Shown piece after piece: positions 29,516 to 38,538 of a DNA stretch of 64,000 nt. The translations under genes were made by a program, and so were the position numbers. Numbering within the stretch: the first letter of the stretch is position 1; the number at the start of each line of letters is the position of its first letter. A model generated the notes under the pieces. That model did no database searches, was not told the origin of the DNA, and was given only the letters and a program-made list of their open reading frames with translations. This DNA comes from an uncultured Clostridium sp. (lineage in GTDB: Bacteria > Bacillota > Clostridia > TANB77 > CAG-508), in contig CAMUDX010000001.1 in NCBI GenBank assembly GCA_947087745.1, forward strand, positions 33,808 through 97,807. Reading direction: 5' to 3'.

Positions 29516-29574
29516 TTTGCTACAAAGCTTAAGCCTATGCTACTACCGGCACAGCCGGAAGATTATATACATTG

Positions 29575-29614
29575 AAAAAGTAAATTCTAGATTTTGTTTA
29601 AAACTAGAATTTAC
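29575..29614 (-). terminator. sigK terminator
   Basis: gtaaattctag / ctagaatttac 11-bp stem followed on the minus strand by ttttt. Confidence 0.7.
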
Positions 29615-29640
29615 CTTTTATTTAACTTTTTATTGTATTT

Positions 29641-30342
29641 TTATTCTTTTATTTCTTTAGCTAATTTTCCTATTGCCTTTGTTTCAATTCTAGATACATA
29701 GGAACGAGATATACCAATCATATCAGCAATCTCATTTTGAGTCTTAGGTTTATGACCATAAAGACCAAAACGAAGTTCAATAATAGTTCTTTCTCTATCT
29801 TTAAGAACTGTCTTAATCTTTTCATACAATTTCTTTGTTTTCATTTTTAAATCTATTACATCTTCTACACTTCTTTCATCATTTTCAAGAACTTCTTGTA
29901 GTGTAACCACATTATCGTCTTTATCCTTGCCTATTGGCTCATTTAAAAAAACTTCTGCTCCCAATTTCTTTGTTGCTCTAAGATACATTAAAATTTCATT
30001 ATCTATACATCTAGATATATATGTAGAAAGTCTAGACCCTTTATCTATGTTAAAACTATTTATACCTTTGATTAAACCTATAGTTCCTATAGAAATTAAA
30101 TCATCTTGGTCTACATTTGAATTAGAATATTTTTTAGCAACATGTGCAACCAGTCTTAAGTTCCTTTCTATCAATACATTCCTTGCTTCATCATCTCCAT
30201 CTTTTAATTTTTCTAAATATACTTTTTCATCTTCTGCATTTAATGGCTCTAAAAACAAGCTATTTCCTGAAATATATCCAACTACAAAAACAGCTGCTCT
30301 TAAAAAGCTGAAAAAACCCGCAATACTTAATGATGCTAACAT
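29641..30342 (-). CDS. sigK: Sporulation sigma factor K (pro-sigma-K), uninterrupted
   Basis: The hydrophobic pro-sequence and LIERNLRLVAHVAKKY / GISRSYVSRIE regions align by eye with B. subtilis SigK rather than SigE. Confidence 0.8.
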   Translation of the reverse strand: MLASLSIAGFFSFLRAAVFVVGYISGNSLFLEPLNAEDEKVYLEKLKDGDDEARNVLIERNLRLVAHVAKKYSNSNVDQDDLISIGTIGLIKGINSFNIDKGSRLSTYISRCIDNEILMYLRATKKLGAEVFLNEPIGKDKDDNVVTLQEVLENDERSVEDVIDLKMKTKKLYEKIKTVLKDRERTIIELRFGLYGHKPKTQNEIADMIGISRSYVSRIETKAIGKLAKEIKE

Positions 30343-30449
30343 AAATGCACCTCCAAATTTTCACTCATATATCTATTATATGAATAGTAAATCTAAAAGT
30401 GCATGACCCTAAAAATTATTTAATACTTTTTCTAATTTTTCTTTTCTAT

Positions 30450-31046
30450 CTATTTTAATTCAAATAATTCTTTACCACTTTTCAAATAATCATAACCTGA
30501 AAAAACAGTAGCAACTACACAAGCAAACATCATTACAGTTTGAGCAATATTAATAACTAAAGGCAATCCTGATATTTCTCCAAAAAAGCATACTCCAAAA
30601 GCATTCACATCTAAAAAAGCTATAATAATTGCTATCATTTGAGTAACTGTCTTTAGTTTTCCCCAAAAAGAAGCGGCAATAACTTTTCCTCCCTGTTCTA
30701 CTGCTACTAATCTATAACCTGAAACAATAAACTCTCTAGCTAATATTATTATTGGAATCCAAGCAGGTAATTTATTATATTCTACTAACATCATCATAGC
30801 AGCTAAAACCAAAATCTTATCTGCCAAAGGGTCTGCAAATTTTCCAAATGTAGTTATTTGATTTCTTGAGCGTGCTATTTGACCATCTAATTTATCAGTA
30901 ATTGATGCAATTATAAAGATAAGATTTATAATTATAAATTCATATGGTATATTTAAAAATGCTCCCTGTATATTAAAAAATGGTATTATTACCATGATTG
31001 GTACTAAAATTATTCTAAATATTGTTAATTTATTTGCTAGATTCAT
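30450..31046 (-). CDS. pgsA: CDP-diacylglycerol--glycerol-3-phosphate 3-phosphatidyltransferase
   Basis: CDP-alcohol phosphatidyltransferase motif DKLDGQIARSRNQITTFGKFADPLADK. Confidence 0.9.
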   Translation of the reverse strand: MNLANKLTIFRIILVPIMVIIPFFNIQGAFLNIPYEFIIINLIFIIASITDKLDGQIARSRNQITTFGKFADPLADKILVLAAMMMLVEYNKLPAWIPIIILAREFIVSGYRLVAVEQGGKVIAASFWGKLKTVTQMIAIIIAFLDVNAFGVCFFGEISGLPLVINIAQTVMMFACVVATVFSGYDYLKSGKELFELK

Positions 31047-31123
31047 TATTTATTTCCTCCATTAAATATATTTTAAAAACGGACATTAATGAGTTAAAGT
31101 CCGCTTTTAACGAATTTATTATA

Positions 31124-32353
31124 TTATCTATCTTGTAAAATTTCTATAGCTCTTTTTAATTGCGTGTCTTCTTCTTCTGTTACTATTAAAATGTTTTCTA
31201 CAGCATCTGGTAACTCTACTACCTCATCTGGGTCAATTCCTACACCATTTATTTTATTTCTATTTGGTGTAAAGTATTCTTCTATAGTTACTTTTAGTCC
31301 ACTTCCATCTTCTAGAGTCATTAGTTGTTGTATAACACCTTTTCCATAGGTTTTTGTTCCTATTATTTTTGCTTTATTATGGTCTTTTAATGCCCCTGCC
31401 AATATTTCAGATGCACTTGCTGTATTTTCATTTACTAAAAGTATTATTGGCATATCTATTATTGGTTTTGCTTTTGCTTTTTCTATTTCCTCTTTATCAT
31501 TCTTATTAACTGTTATTAATAATGTTTCTCCCTTGTCTATTATATAGTCTGCTATCTCTAACGCTTCTGATACTAGTCCTCCACCATTATTTCTTAAATC
31601 TATTATAAGACTTTCTATGTTCTGTCCTTTTAATTGCTCAAATTTTGTTTTAAAATCTTCTCCTGTTCCTTCATCAAAGCTTACTACTTCCATGTATCCT
31701 ATTTTATTATTTTGTTCTAATACTTTCGCAGTTATTGGATTCATATGTATTTCAGCTCTTTCTAGCTCAACTTCTATTTTTGTATCTCCTCTTAAAACTT
31801 CTAATTTTACTTTTGTTCCAGCTTCTCCTTTTATTTTATTAGATGCTGCTGTCATTTGGTCTGCTGTATACTCTATTCCATCTACTTTTGTTATTAAATC
31901 TCCTGGAAGAATTCCTGCTTTTTCTGCTGGGCTTTCTTTAATAGGTGATAATACTTGTATTAAGTTGTTTTCTTCATTAACTACCATATATATTCCTATT
32001 CCAACATAGTTTCCCATGATTTGGTTTGTATAGTCTTCCATGTCTTCTTTAGATATATATTCTGTGTATTTATCTCCTATCCCATTTATATATCCTTGTA
32101 TTGTATTTTCTATTACACTATCTTCATTTATATCTCCTAAATAATATTTATCTATTATAGACATAATTTTTTCTAATTCTTTTACTACTTTTTCATTCTT
32201 ATTAGAAGATTCTAATAATATATAGTTTCCATCATTATGTGTAAAATATTGATAAAGTCCTATACTTGTTACTATAAATGTTACAAATGCTGTAATAACA
32301 ATTAACATTATTACTTTATAAATCTTGTGACCTCTGTTATTTTCTTCTTCCAT
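31124..32353 (-). CDS. S41 C-terminal processing peptidase (PDZ domain)
   Basis: N-terminal anchor, PDZ region, TASASEILAGALKD and GKGVIQ motifs. Confidence 0.88.
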   Translation of the reverse strand: MEEENNRGHKIYKVIMLIVITAFVTFIVTSIGLYQYFTHNDGNYILLESSNKNEKVVKELEKIMSIIDKYYLGDINEDSVIENTIQGYINGIGDKYTEYISKEDMEDYTNQIMGNYVGIGIYMVVNEENNLIQVLSPIKESPAEKAGILPGDLITKVDGIEYTADQMTAASNKIKGEAGTKVKLEVLRGDTKIEVELERAEIHMNPITAKVLEQNNKIGYMEVVSFDEGTGEDFKTKFEQLKGQNIESLIIDLRNNGGGLVSEALEIADYIIDKGETLLITVNKNDKEEIEKAKAKPIIDMPIILLVNENTASASEILAGALKDHNKAKIIGTKTYGKGVIQQLMTLEDGSGLKVTIEEYFTPNRNKINGVGIDPDEVVELPDAVENILIVTEEEDTQLKRAIEILQDR

Positions 32354-32419
32354 CTTATTTAATCTTTCCTTTCAATGAGTTAACTTCCCCTTTTGATTAA
32401 TTATTATTAATAATATGTA

Positions 32420-33643
32420 TTATGGTAAATATGGAATTGGGTTAACTGGTAAACCTTTTATTCTTACTTCAAAATGTAAATGAGTTCCTTGTGTTGGATT
32501 TGATGCTGTAGGTCTTGGCTTACAGTTTCCTGTGTTTCCTACTGTTCCTATAACTTGACCTTGTTTTACTTTTTGCCCAGCTGATACTGTTCTTGAGCCT
32601 GGTTTCATATGTCCATAAAGTGTCATTGTTCCATCATGATGATTTATTACTACATATTCTCCATAGCTACTATATGACCCTATTACATTTCCATTTGAAT
32701 CATAATTCTTTATTGATCCAGGTATCGCTCTTGATATTTCTACTGTACCATCTTTTACTGCTACTACTTTTTTTCCAATAACGTTTATATTTACATCTAC
32801 TCCTGTATGCCCAGCATATGATGGATATGTTTTATTATTTATATTAGATTTGCCTAACCCTTGTACTGGGAATATGTATCCACTACTACTTGGTTTTCCA
32901 GCTATGTTATTAGAATTATTTTTTTCTTCCTCTTCTGCTATTCTTTTTAATTCTTCTGCTATTTCCTTTTTATCTTTTTCAAATTTTTCTAATTCTTTTT
33001 GTGCTTCTTTTTCTTCTGCTGATAATTTTTTTACTTGTTTATCTTTGTTTGATTTTGCCGTTTTTAATTCTGCTTGTTTTGCTTCTAACGATGCTTGTGC
33101 TATATCTAATTCTTTTTTATCACTTTCTAATTTTGCTTTTTCTCCTTCAATTTCTTTTTTCTGTTGATCTATAGATTCTAATAATTGGATATCACTTTCT
33201 ACAAGTTCTGTTATTGTATTATATTTTGATATAAAATCTATTATACTTGTTGAACCTAATAATACATCTAAATACTTTGTATCTCCGTTTTCACACATTG
33301 TTAATAATCTTTCATCTAAAAGTCCTTTCTCTTTAACATATTGTGCTTCTTTTTCTTTTATGCTTTTTTCTGCTGTATCAATTTGACTTTGTAATACATC
33401 TATTTCTTCTTGCAAATTGTCTATTTCTGTTTCGTATTCTGATATTTGTGTTATTAAATTCTCTACCTCTTTTAATGTTTCAGATTTTTGTGCTTCTAAT
33501 TCTTTTATTTTTTCTTCTGTTTCATCTATTTTATCATCTATTTGGTCTTGTTGATCTTCCAAATCTTTTTTTGATGCTGCGATTGATAAGTTTGCTTGTA
33601 CTACAATTATTAATACTATTAAAGTTACTATTACTTTTTTCAT
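32420..33643 (-). CDS. M23 metallopeptidase with N-terminal coiled coil (EnvC-like)
   Basis: HTGVDV and HLHFEV zinc motifs. Start moved to ATG 33643 (MKKVIVTL; AAAGGAAA SD). Confidence 0.85.
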   Translation of the reverse strand: MKKVIVTLIVLIIVVQANLSIAASKKDLEDQQDQIDDKIDETEEKIKELEAQKSETLKEVENLITQISEYETEIDNLQEEIDVLQSQIDTAEKSIKEKEAQYVKEKGLLDERLLTMCENGDTKYLDVLLGSTSIIDFISKYNTITELVESDIQLLESIDQQKKEIEGEKAKLESDKKELDIAQASLEAKQAELKTAKSNKDKQVKKLSAEEKEAQKELEKFEKDKKEIAEELKRIAEEEEKNNSNNIAGKPSSSGYIFPVQGLGKSNINNKTYPSYAGHTGVDVNINVIGKKVVAVKDGTVEISRAIPGSIKNYDSNGNVIGSYSSYGEYVVINHHDGTMTLYGHMKPGSRTVSAGQKVKQGQVIGTVGNTGNCKPRPTASNPTQGTHLHFEVRIKGLPVNPIPYLP

Positions 33644-33671
33644 ATTTTTTTCCTTTCTTTTCTTTAGATAA

Positions 33672-34847
33672 TTATTCTGGTTTAACATAATTTAATGGGT
33701 CTACTGGATTTCCATCTATTCTTATTTCAAAATGTGCATGTGGTCCTGTTGAATATCCTGTTGATCCTACTTTTAATACTGGTTCTCCTTGTGTTACTGT
33801 CTGTCCTATCTTTGCTATAATTTCAGAGCCATGTGCATATAATGTTTGTACTCCTCCTCCATGGTCTATTATTACCATGTTTCCATATGCTAAATTGTAT
33901 TCTGCCTTTACTACTATTCCACTTGCCATTGCTAAGAAGTCTGTTCCTATTGGTGCTCCTACATCTGTTCCTGTATGTAATCTATATAGTCCTGTTATTG
34001 GATGTGTTCTCATTCCAAATTTTGATGTTATTCTTGTATGTCCTGGTATTGGCCATATCATTTCCTCTCCAATATAGTCTTTTCCAAATGATACTATTCC
34101 TACCAAGGACCTTATTTCATCTTCTATAGATGTTACTTGCTTTTTGTATTCATCAATCTGTAATTGTATATTTTGTTCTTCTTCTGATAATTTTGTTATT
34201 TGTATTTGTCTTGCTGTTTTGGTATTTTCTAATATTTGTGCATCTTTTTGTTGTTCTTTCTTTTTTTCGTTTAAAACTTGTTTTTCTTTTTCTAATTCTT
34301 CTGATTTTTGTTCAATTTCTTTCTTTTGTTTATTAGTTTTTTCTAAAAGTTGTATGTCATTTTCATATATTTCTGATACTAAAAAGTAATTTGATATAAA
34401 GTCTACTATACTTGTTGAGCCTAGTAATACATCTAAATATTGTAACTCTCCTTGTTCACATATAGTAAGCATCCTTTCGTCAGTTAATCTTTTTTGTATA
34501 TCATATTCTTTTTGTTTTTCTTTTATTTCAAGTTCTATTTCTTTTGTTTTTTGATTTATTTTATCTATTTCTTCATTTAATGCACTTAAGCTTTGTTCTG
34601 AATTTGTTATTTCTTTATCTATTTCTTGTATTTGTACTAGATTTTGTGTTAATTCTTCTTGTACAATCTCTAATTTATTGATGTTTTCTTCAATTTCTTT
34701 CTGTAATTCTTCATTTTCTACTTGTAATTCTTCTAATGGCTTTTTTTCTTGTGTTCCTGATGGTATAATGTTTTCAGCTTGTGCATATATATTTGTACAA
34801 TAGATTGTTAATACTATTATTAATATACTACATAAAACTTTTCGCAT
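33672..34847 (-). CDS. M23 metallopeptidase with N-terminal coiled coil (paralogue)
   Basis: HTGTDVGAP and HAHFEIR motifs, signal peptide, long coiled coil. Confidence 0.85.
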   Translation of the reverse strand: MRKVLCSILIIVLTIYCTNIYAQAENIIPSGTQEKKPLEELQVENEELQKEIEENINKLEIVQEELTQNLVQIQEIDKEITNSEQSLSALNEEIDKINQKTKEIELEIKEKQKEYDIQKRLTDERMLTICEQGELQYLDVLLGSTSIVDFISNYFLVSEIYENDIQLLEKTNKQKKEIEQKSEELEKEKQVLNEKKKEQQKDAQILENTKTARQIQITKLSEEEQNIQLQIDEYKKQVTSIEDEIRSLVGIVSFGKDYIGEEMIWPIPGHTRITSKFGMRTHPITGLYRLHTGTDVGAPIGTDFLAMASGIVVKAEYNLAYGNMVIIDHGGGVQTLYAHGSEIIAKIGQTVTQGEPVLKVGSTGYSTGPHAHFEIRIDGNPVDPLNYVKPE

Positions 34848-34873
34848 TTGTTTTTACCTTTCTACTGTATTTT

Positions 34874-35773
34874 TTATACTTCTAAGTATTTTTTCATTGA
34901 TCTTGTACTTCCTAATATTCCTATTCCTATTCCTAATATTAAGTATACAATTACTAATAGGCTAAACATATCTGAGAATCTTACTAATTCTAACCCCATA
35001 CTTTGTAATGTTGTTGAATTCATCATTTGTGACATTAATAGGTTATAGGCTCCTCCTACTAATAATATTGTTAATGCTCCTGATATAACTCCTATTATTA
35101 TTCCCTCTATTACAAATGGAAATCTTATAAAATTATTCGTTGCTCCAACATATTTCATTATCGATATTTCTTTTCTTCTTGCATATACTGTTAATTTTAT
35201 TGTGTTTGATATTATTACTACTGAAATAATTATTAGTAATGCTAATAATCCTATAGTTATAAACTTTATTCCTTTTGCTACACTAAGTAACACCTCTACA
35301 CTTTTATTTGCTCCTTTTGTACTAGTTACATTTTCTAACTTTTCAATTTGTCCTTGTATTGCCTCAATTTCTTCTAGATTTTTAAATGTTACTATGTATG
35401 CATTTGAGAAAATATTGTTTCTTTCATAATCTTCTAATAAGTATGCTTTTTCTTTAAATTGTTCTTTTAAGGATTCTAAATATTCTTCTTTTGTCCTTAA
35501 TGTTACAGTTGCTACTCCATTAATTTTTTCTATCTCTTCTCTTAATTTTGTTATTTCTTCATCATTTGCAGTTCTTTTTATGTTTACTTGTATTGCTTGC
35601 TCATCTTTTAATGTGTTTACAAAACTATTAATATTTTGTGTTGCTGCAAAAAATATTCCGAATATAAACATTGTTGCACACATTGTCATTAATGCTACTG
35701 CAGTTGATTTTTTATTTTTGAATACACTTCTTATTCCTTCTCCTAATAAATAGTTTAATACATTATACTTCAC
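34874..35773 (-). CDS. ftsX: Cell-division ABC permease-like protein FtsX
   Basis: FtsX topology. Start placed at GTG 35773 (AAGGTGG 8 nt upstream), overlapping the ftsE stop by 11 nt. The track start is 35797. Confidence 0.85.
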   Translation of the reverse strand: MKYNVLNYLLGEGIRSVFKNKKSTAVALMTMCATMFIFGIFFAATQNINSFVNTLKDEQAIQVNIKRTANDEEITKLREEIEKINGVATVTLRTKEEYLESLKEQFKEKAYLLEDYERNNIFSNAYIVTFKNLEEIEAIQGQIEKLENVTSTKGANKSVEVLLSVAKGIKFITIGLLALLIIISVVIISNTIKLTVYARRKEISIMKYVGATNNFIRFPFVIEGIIIGVISGALTILLVGGAYNLLMSQMMNSTTLQSMGLELVRFSDMFSLLVIVYLILGIGIGILGSTRSMKKYLEV

Positions 35774-36449
35774 AATTATAACCACCTTTTTTATCATCTC
35801 TGATTATCTCGCCTTTTTGAATTTGTATAACTCTTTTTTTCATTTGGTCTACTATTTCTTTTGCATGTGTTGCTACTACTATTGTTGTTCCTCTTAAATT
35901 TATATCGTTTAATAGAGTCATTATCTCCCATGCTGTGTTTGGATCTAAATTTCCTGTTGGCTCATCTGCTATTAACATTGATGGATTGTTTACTAGTGCT
36001 CTTGCTAATGCTACCCTTTGTTGTTCTCCTCCTGATAATTCATTTGGATACATTTTTGCTTTTGCACTTAATCCTACTAATGATAATACCATTGGCACTT
36101 GCCTTCTTATATGTTTTGGTGTTGCTCCTACTATATACATTGCAAATGCAACATTTTCATATACTGTTTTGTCTGGTAATAATCTGAAGTCTTGAAATAC
36201 TACTCCCATGCTTCTTCTTAAAAATGGCACCTTTTTTTGTTTTAGAAAAGTTGTGTCTTTTCCATTTATTATTATACTTCCAGATGTTGGCTCTTCTTCT
36301 TTTAATATTAATTTTATTAGTGTTGATTTTCCACTTCCTGAACTTCCTACTAAAAATGCAAATTCTCCTTTATCTATAGTGAAATTAGCATTTTTTACTG
36401 CTTTTGTTCCTGTGCCATATGTTTTGTTTACATCTTTAAATTCTATCAT
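35763..36449 (-). CDS. ftsE: Cell-division ATP-binding protein FtsE
   Basis: MIEFKDVNKTY N-terminus, Walker A GSSGSGKST, LSGGEQQRV, MLIADEPT. Confidence 0.92.
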   Translation of the reverse strand: MIEFKDVNKTYGTGTKAVKNANFTIDKGEFAFLVGSSGSGKSTLIKLILKEEEPTSGSIIINGKDTTFLKQKKVPFLRRSMGVVFQDFRLLPDKTVYENVAFAMYIVGATPKHIRRQVPMVLSLVGLSAKAKMYPNELSGGEQQRVALARALVNNPSMLIADEPTGNLDPNTAWEIMTLLNDINLRGTTIVVATHAKEIVDQMKKRVIQIQKGEIIRDDKKGGYNCEV

Positions 36450-36457
36450 AATAGTTT

Positions 36458-36480
36458 CGTATGAATTTCATACGCTCCTT
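36458..36480 (-). promoter_or_regulatory. ftsE translation-initiation region: SD AAGGAG followed by a 17-nt perfect hairpin
   Basis: The mRNA reads AAGGAG-CGTATGAA-A-TTCATACG-AAACTATT-AUG. The linear SD-to-AUG distance is 25 nt, or 8 nt if the hairpin forms. Confidence 0.45.
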
Positions 36481-36708
36481 TCTTTTCTATTGTATTCCCT
36501 TATTCTATGATAACAATAAAAGTTATTATTTGCAATACTTTTTTGATTAATTTTTATGTTATTTTTTTCAAAGAATATAAAAAACTGTAACTAATTTACT
36601 AGGTAGAAGTTTTCTTCTTTATCTAATAAAAAGTTACAATTTTAAAAAGATTATATCTCTCATTTTTTTCTATTCTTACTTCATTTTTTAAAATATATTT
36701 CTTATTTT

Positions 36709-37641
36709 TTATTCCATTACATTTTTTATAATTTCTTCGCTGTCTATTTTAAAATAATGCATTAATTTTTCAGCAGAGCCTGACTTCCCAAAAGTATCTT
36801 TAATTCCTAATCGTGTAAGTTTGCAAGGATACTCATCTGTAAGAACTTCTGAAATTGCTGTTCCTAATCCTCCTATAATATTGTGGTCTTCAACTGATAT
36901 TAGCTTTTTAGTTTCTTTTGCACATTTTAATATTATTTCTTTGTCTATTGGTTTTATTGTGTGAAAATCTATAACTCTAACATTTATATTCTTTTTTGCT
37001 AGTTCATTTTGTGCTTTTATTGCTTCTTGTACTGTTACACCTGTTGCAAATATAGTTGCATCTGTTCCATTTCCTATTTGAACAGCTTTTCCTATTTCAA
37101 ATTTTTGATTTTCATCATATATAATATTTGTTTCTAACCTGCTTAGTCTTAAATATACTGGTCCGTTAATTTTAGATATTTCTTTTACTGCCCACTTTGT
37201 TTGTATATCATCTGATGTGCTAATTACAATCATATTAGGTAATGTTCTCATCATACTTATATCTTCTACCATTTGATGTGTAGCTCCATCTTCTCCTACT
37301 GTTATTCCTGCATGTGTTGCACATATTTTTACATTTAATTTGGGATAACATATGCTATTTCGTATTTGGTCATATGCTCTTCCTGCTGCAAATACTGCAA
37401 ATGTACTTGCATATGGTATTTTATTACAAGTTGCTAATCCTGCAGCTGTTCCTATCATATTTTGTTCTGCTATTCCCATTTCAAAAAATCTTTTTGGAAA
37501 TTCTTTTGCAAATAAATTTGTTTTTGTTGCTGATGATAAATCTGCATCTAGTACTACTATTTTCTCATTTTCTTTTCCAAGTTCCTTTAATGCTTCACCA
37601 TAACTTTGTCTAGTAGCCACTTTTTTATCTTTTAATTCCAT
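36709..37641 (-). CDS. Transketolase, C-terminal subunit
   Basis: Pyrimidine-binding and C-terminal domains of a split transketolase. Start/stop overlap with the N-terminal subunit gene. Confidence 0.9.
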   Translation of the reverse strand: MELKDKKVATRQSYGEALKELGKENEKIVVLDADLSSATKTNLFAKEFPKRFFEMGIAEQNMIGTAAGLATCNKIPYASTFAVFAAGRAYDQIRNSICYPKLNVKICATHAGITVGEDGATHQMVEDISMMRTLPNMIVISTSDDIQTKWAVKEISKINGPVYLRLSRLETNIIYDENQKFEIGKAVQIGNGTDATIFATGVTVQEAIKAQNELAKKNINVRVIDFHTIKPIDKEIILKCAKETKKLISVEDHNIIGGLGTAISEVLTDEYPCKLTRLGIKDTFGKSGSAEKLMHYFKIDSEEIIKNVME

Positions 37642-38462
37642 TAGTTTAATTCCTCCATAGCTTGTTTATATTGTTCATCATTTGGTGCCTTTCCATGCCA
37701 ACTAGCTTGATTTTCCATAAATGATACCCCTTTTCCCTTTATTGTTTTTGCTACAATACATACAGGCTTTTCTTTTATCGTTTTTGCTTTATTAAGTGCT
37801 CGTAATATTTCTAAAACGTTGTGTCCATCTATTGTTATTACTTCGAATCCGAACTTTTCGAATTTTTCATCTATTGGATATGAACTCATTACTTCTTCAA
37901 TTGTTCCATCTATCTGCAAATTATTATTATCAACTATTACACATAAATTATCTAATTTATATTTACTTGATGCCATTGCTGCTTCCCATATTTGCCCTTC
38001 TTCTATCTCTCCATCTCCTAATATTGTATATACTCTATATGCCTTATTATCAAGTTTGCCAGCTATTGCCATTCCGTTTGCTACTGATAATCCTTGACCT
38101 AATGAGCCTGATGTCATATCTACCCCTTTTACTTTGTTCATATCAGGATGCCCTTGTAATTTACTTTCTATATCTCTAAATGATTGTAATTCCGCTATAT
38201 CAAAATATCCTTTTTGTGCTAAACAACTATATAGGGCTGGTGAACAATGTCCTTTTGATAATACTAGTCTATCTCTGTCTTCCCAGTTTGGATTTGTTTC
38301 ATCTATATTCATTTCATTAAAATATAGTACTGTCATTATATCTGCAATTGATAAAGATCCTCCTGGATGTCCTGATTTACCTCTATATACTGCTTCTATT
38401 ATGCCCCTTCTTACTGATTTTGCAATTTCTTCTAGCTTTATAATCTCTGTTACCTTTTCCAT
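37641..38462 (-). CDS. Transketolase, N-terminal (TPP-binding) subunit
   Basis: SGHPGGSLS and GDGEIEEG TPP-binding motifs. Confidence 0.9.
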   Translation of the reverse strand: MEKVTEIIKLEEIAKSVRRGIIEAVYRGKSGHPGGSLSIADIMTVLYFNEMNIDETNPNWEDRDRLVLSKGHCSPALYSCLAQKGYFDIAELQSFRDIESKLQGHPDMNKVKGVDMTSGSLGQGLSVANGMAIAGKLDNKAYRVYTILGDGEIEEGQIWEAAMASSKYKLDNLCVIVDNNNLQIDGTIEEVMSSYPIDEKFEKFGFEVITIDGHNVLEILRALNKAKTIKEKPVCIVAKTIKGKGVSFMENQASWHGKAPNDEQYKQAMEELN

Positions 38463-38538
38463 ATGTATCCTCCTAATTTGACTGTATATTTAATTTATTT
38501 TACTGTATAGATTATTTGTATTTTTCATATGCTTTTAC

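Larger units (their letters stand above)
28840..29562 (-). mobile_element. IS200-type insertion sequence (IS200/IS605 family), about 0.7 kb
   Basis: Single Y1 transposase gene flanked by GC-rich hairpins (28843-28862, 28900-28913, 28925-28936, 29514-29528, 29546-29558). The composition jump marks the ends. Boundaries are approximate. Confidence 0.8.

Noticed and set aside
29641-30342. sigK interrupted by a skin-like element or by the IS200 copy
   Set aside because: The ORF is continuous from the pro-sequence to region 4.2. The IS lies beyond the sigK terminator.
36436-36471. 11-codon leader ORF upstream of ftsE as a real peptide
   Set aside because: Its AUG is only 3 nt from the SD and lies inside a perfect hairpin. 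It is noted as an alternative within the finding but not called as a gene.
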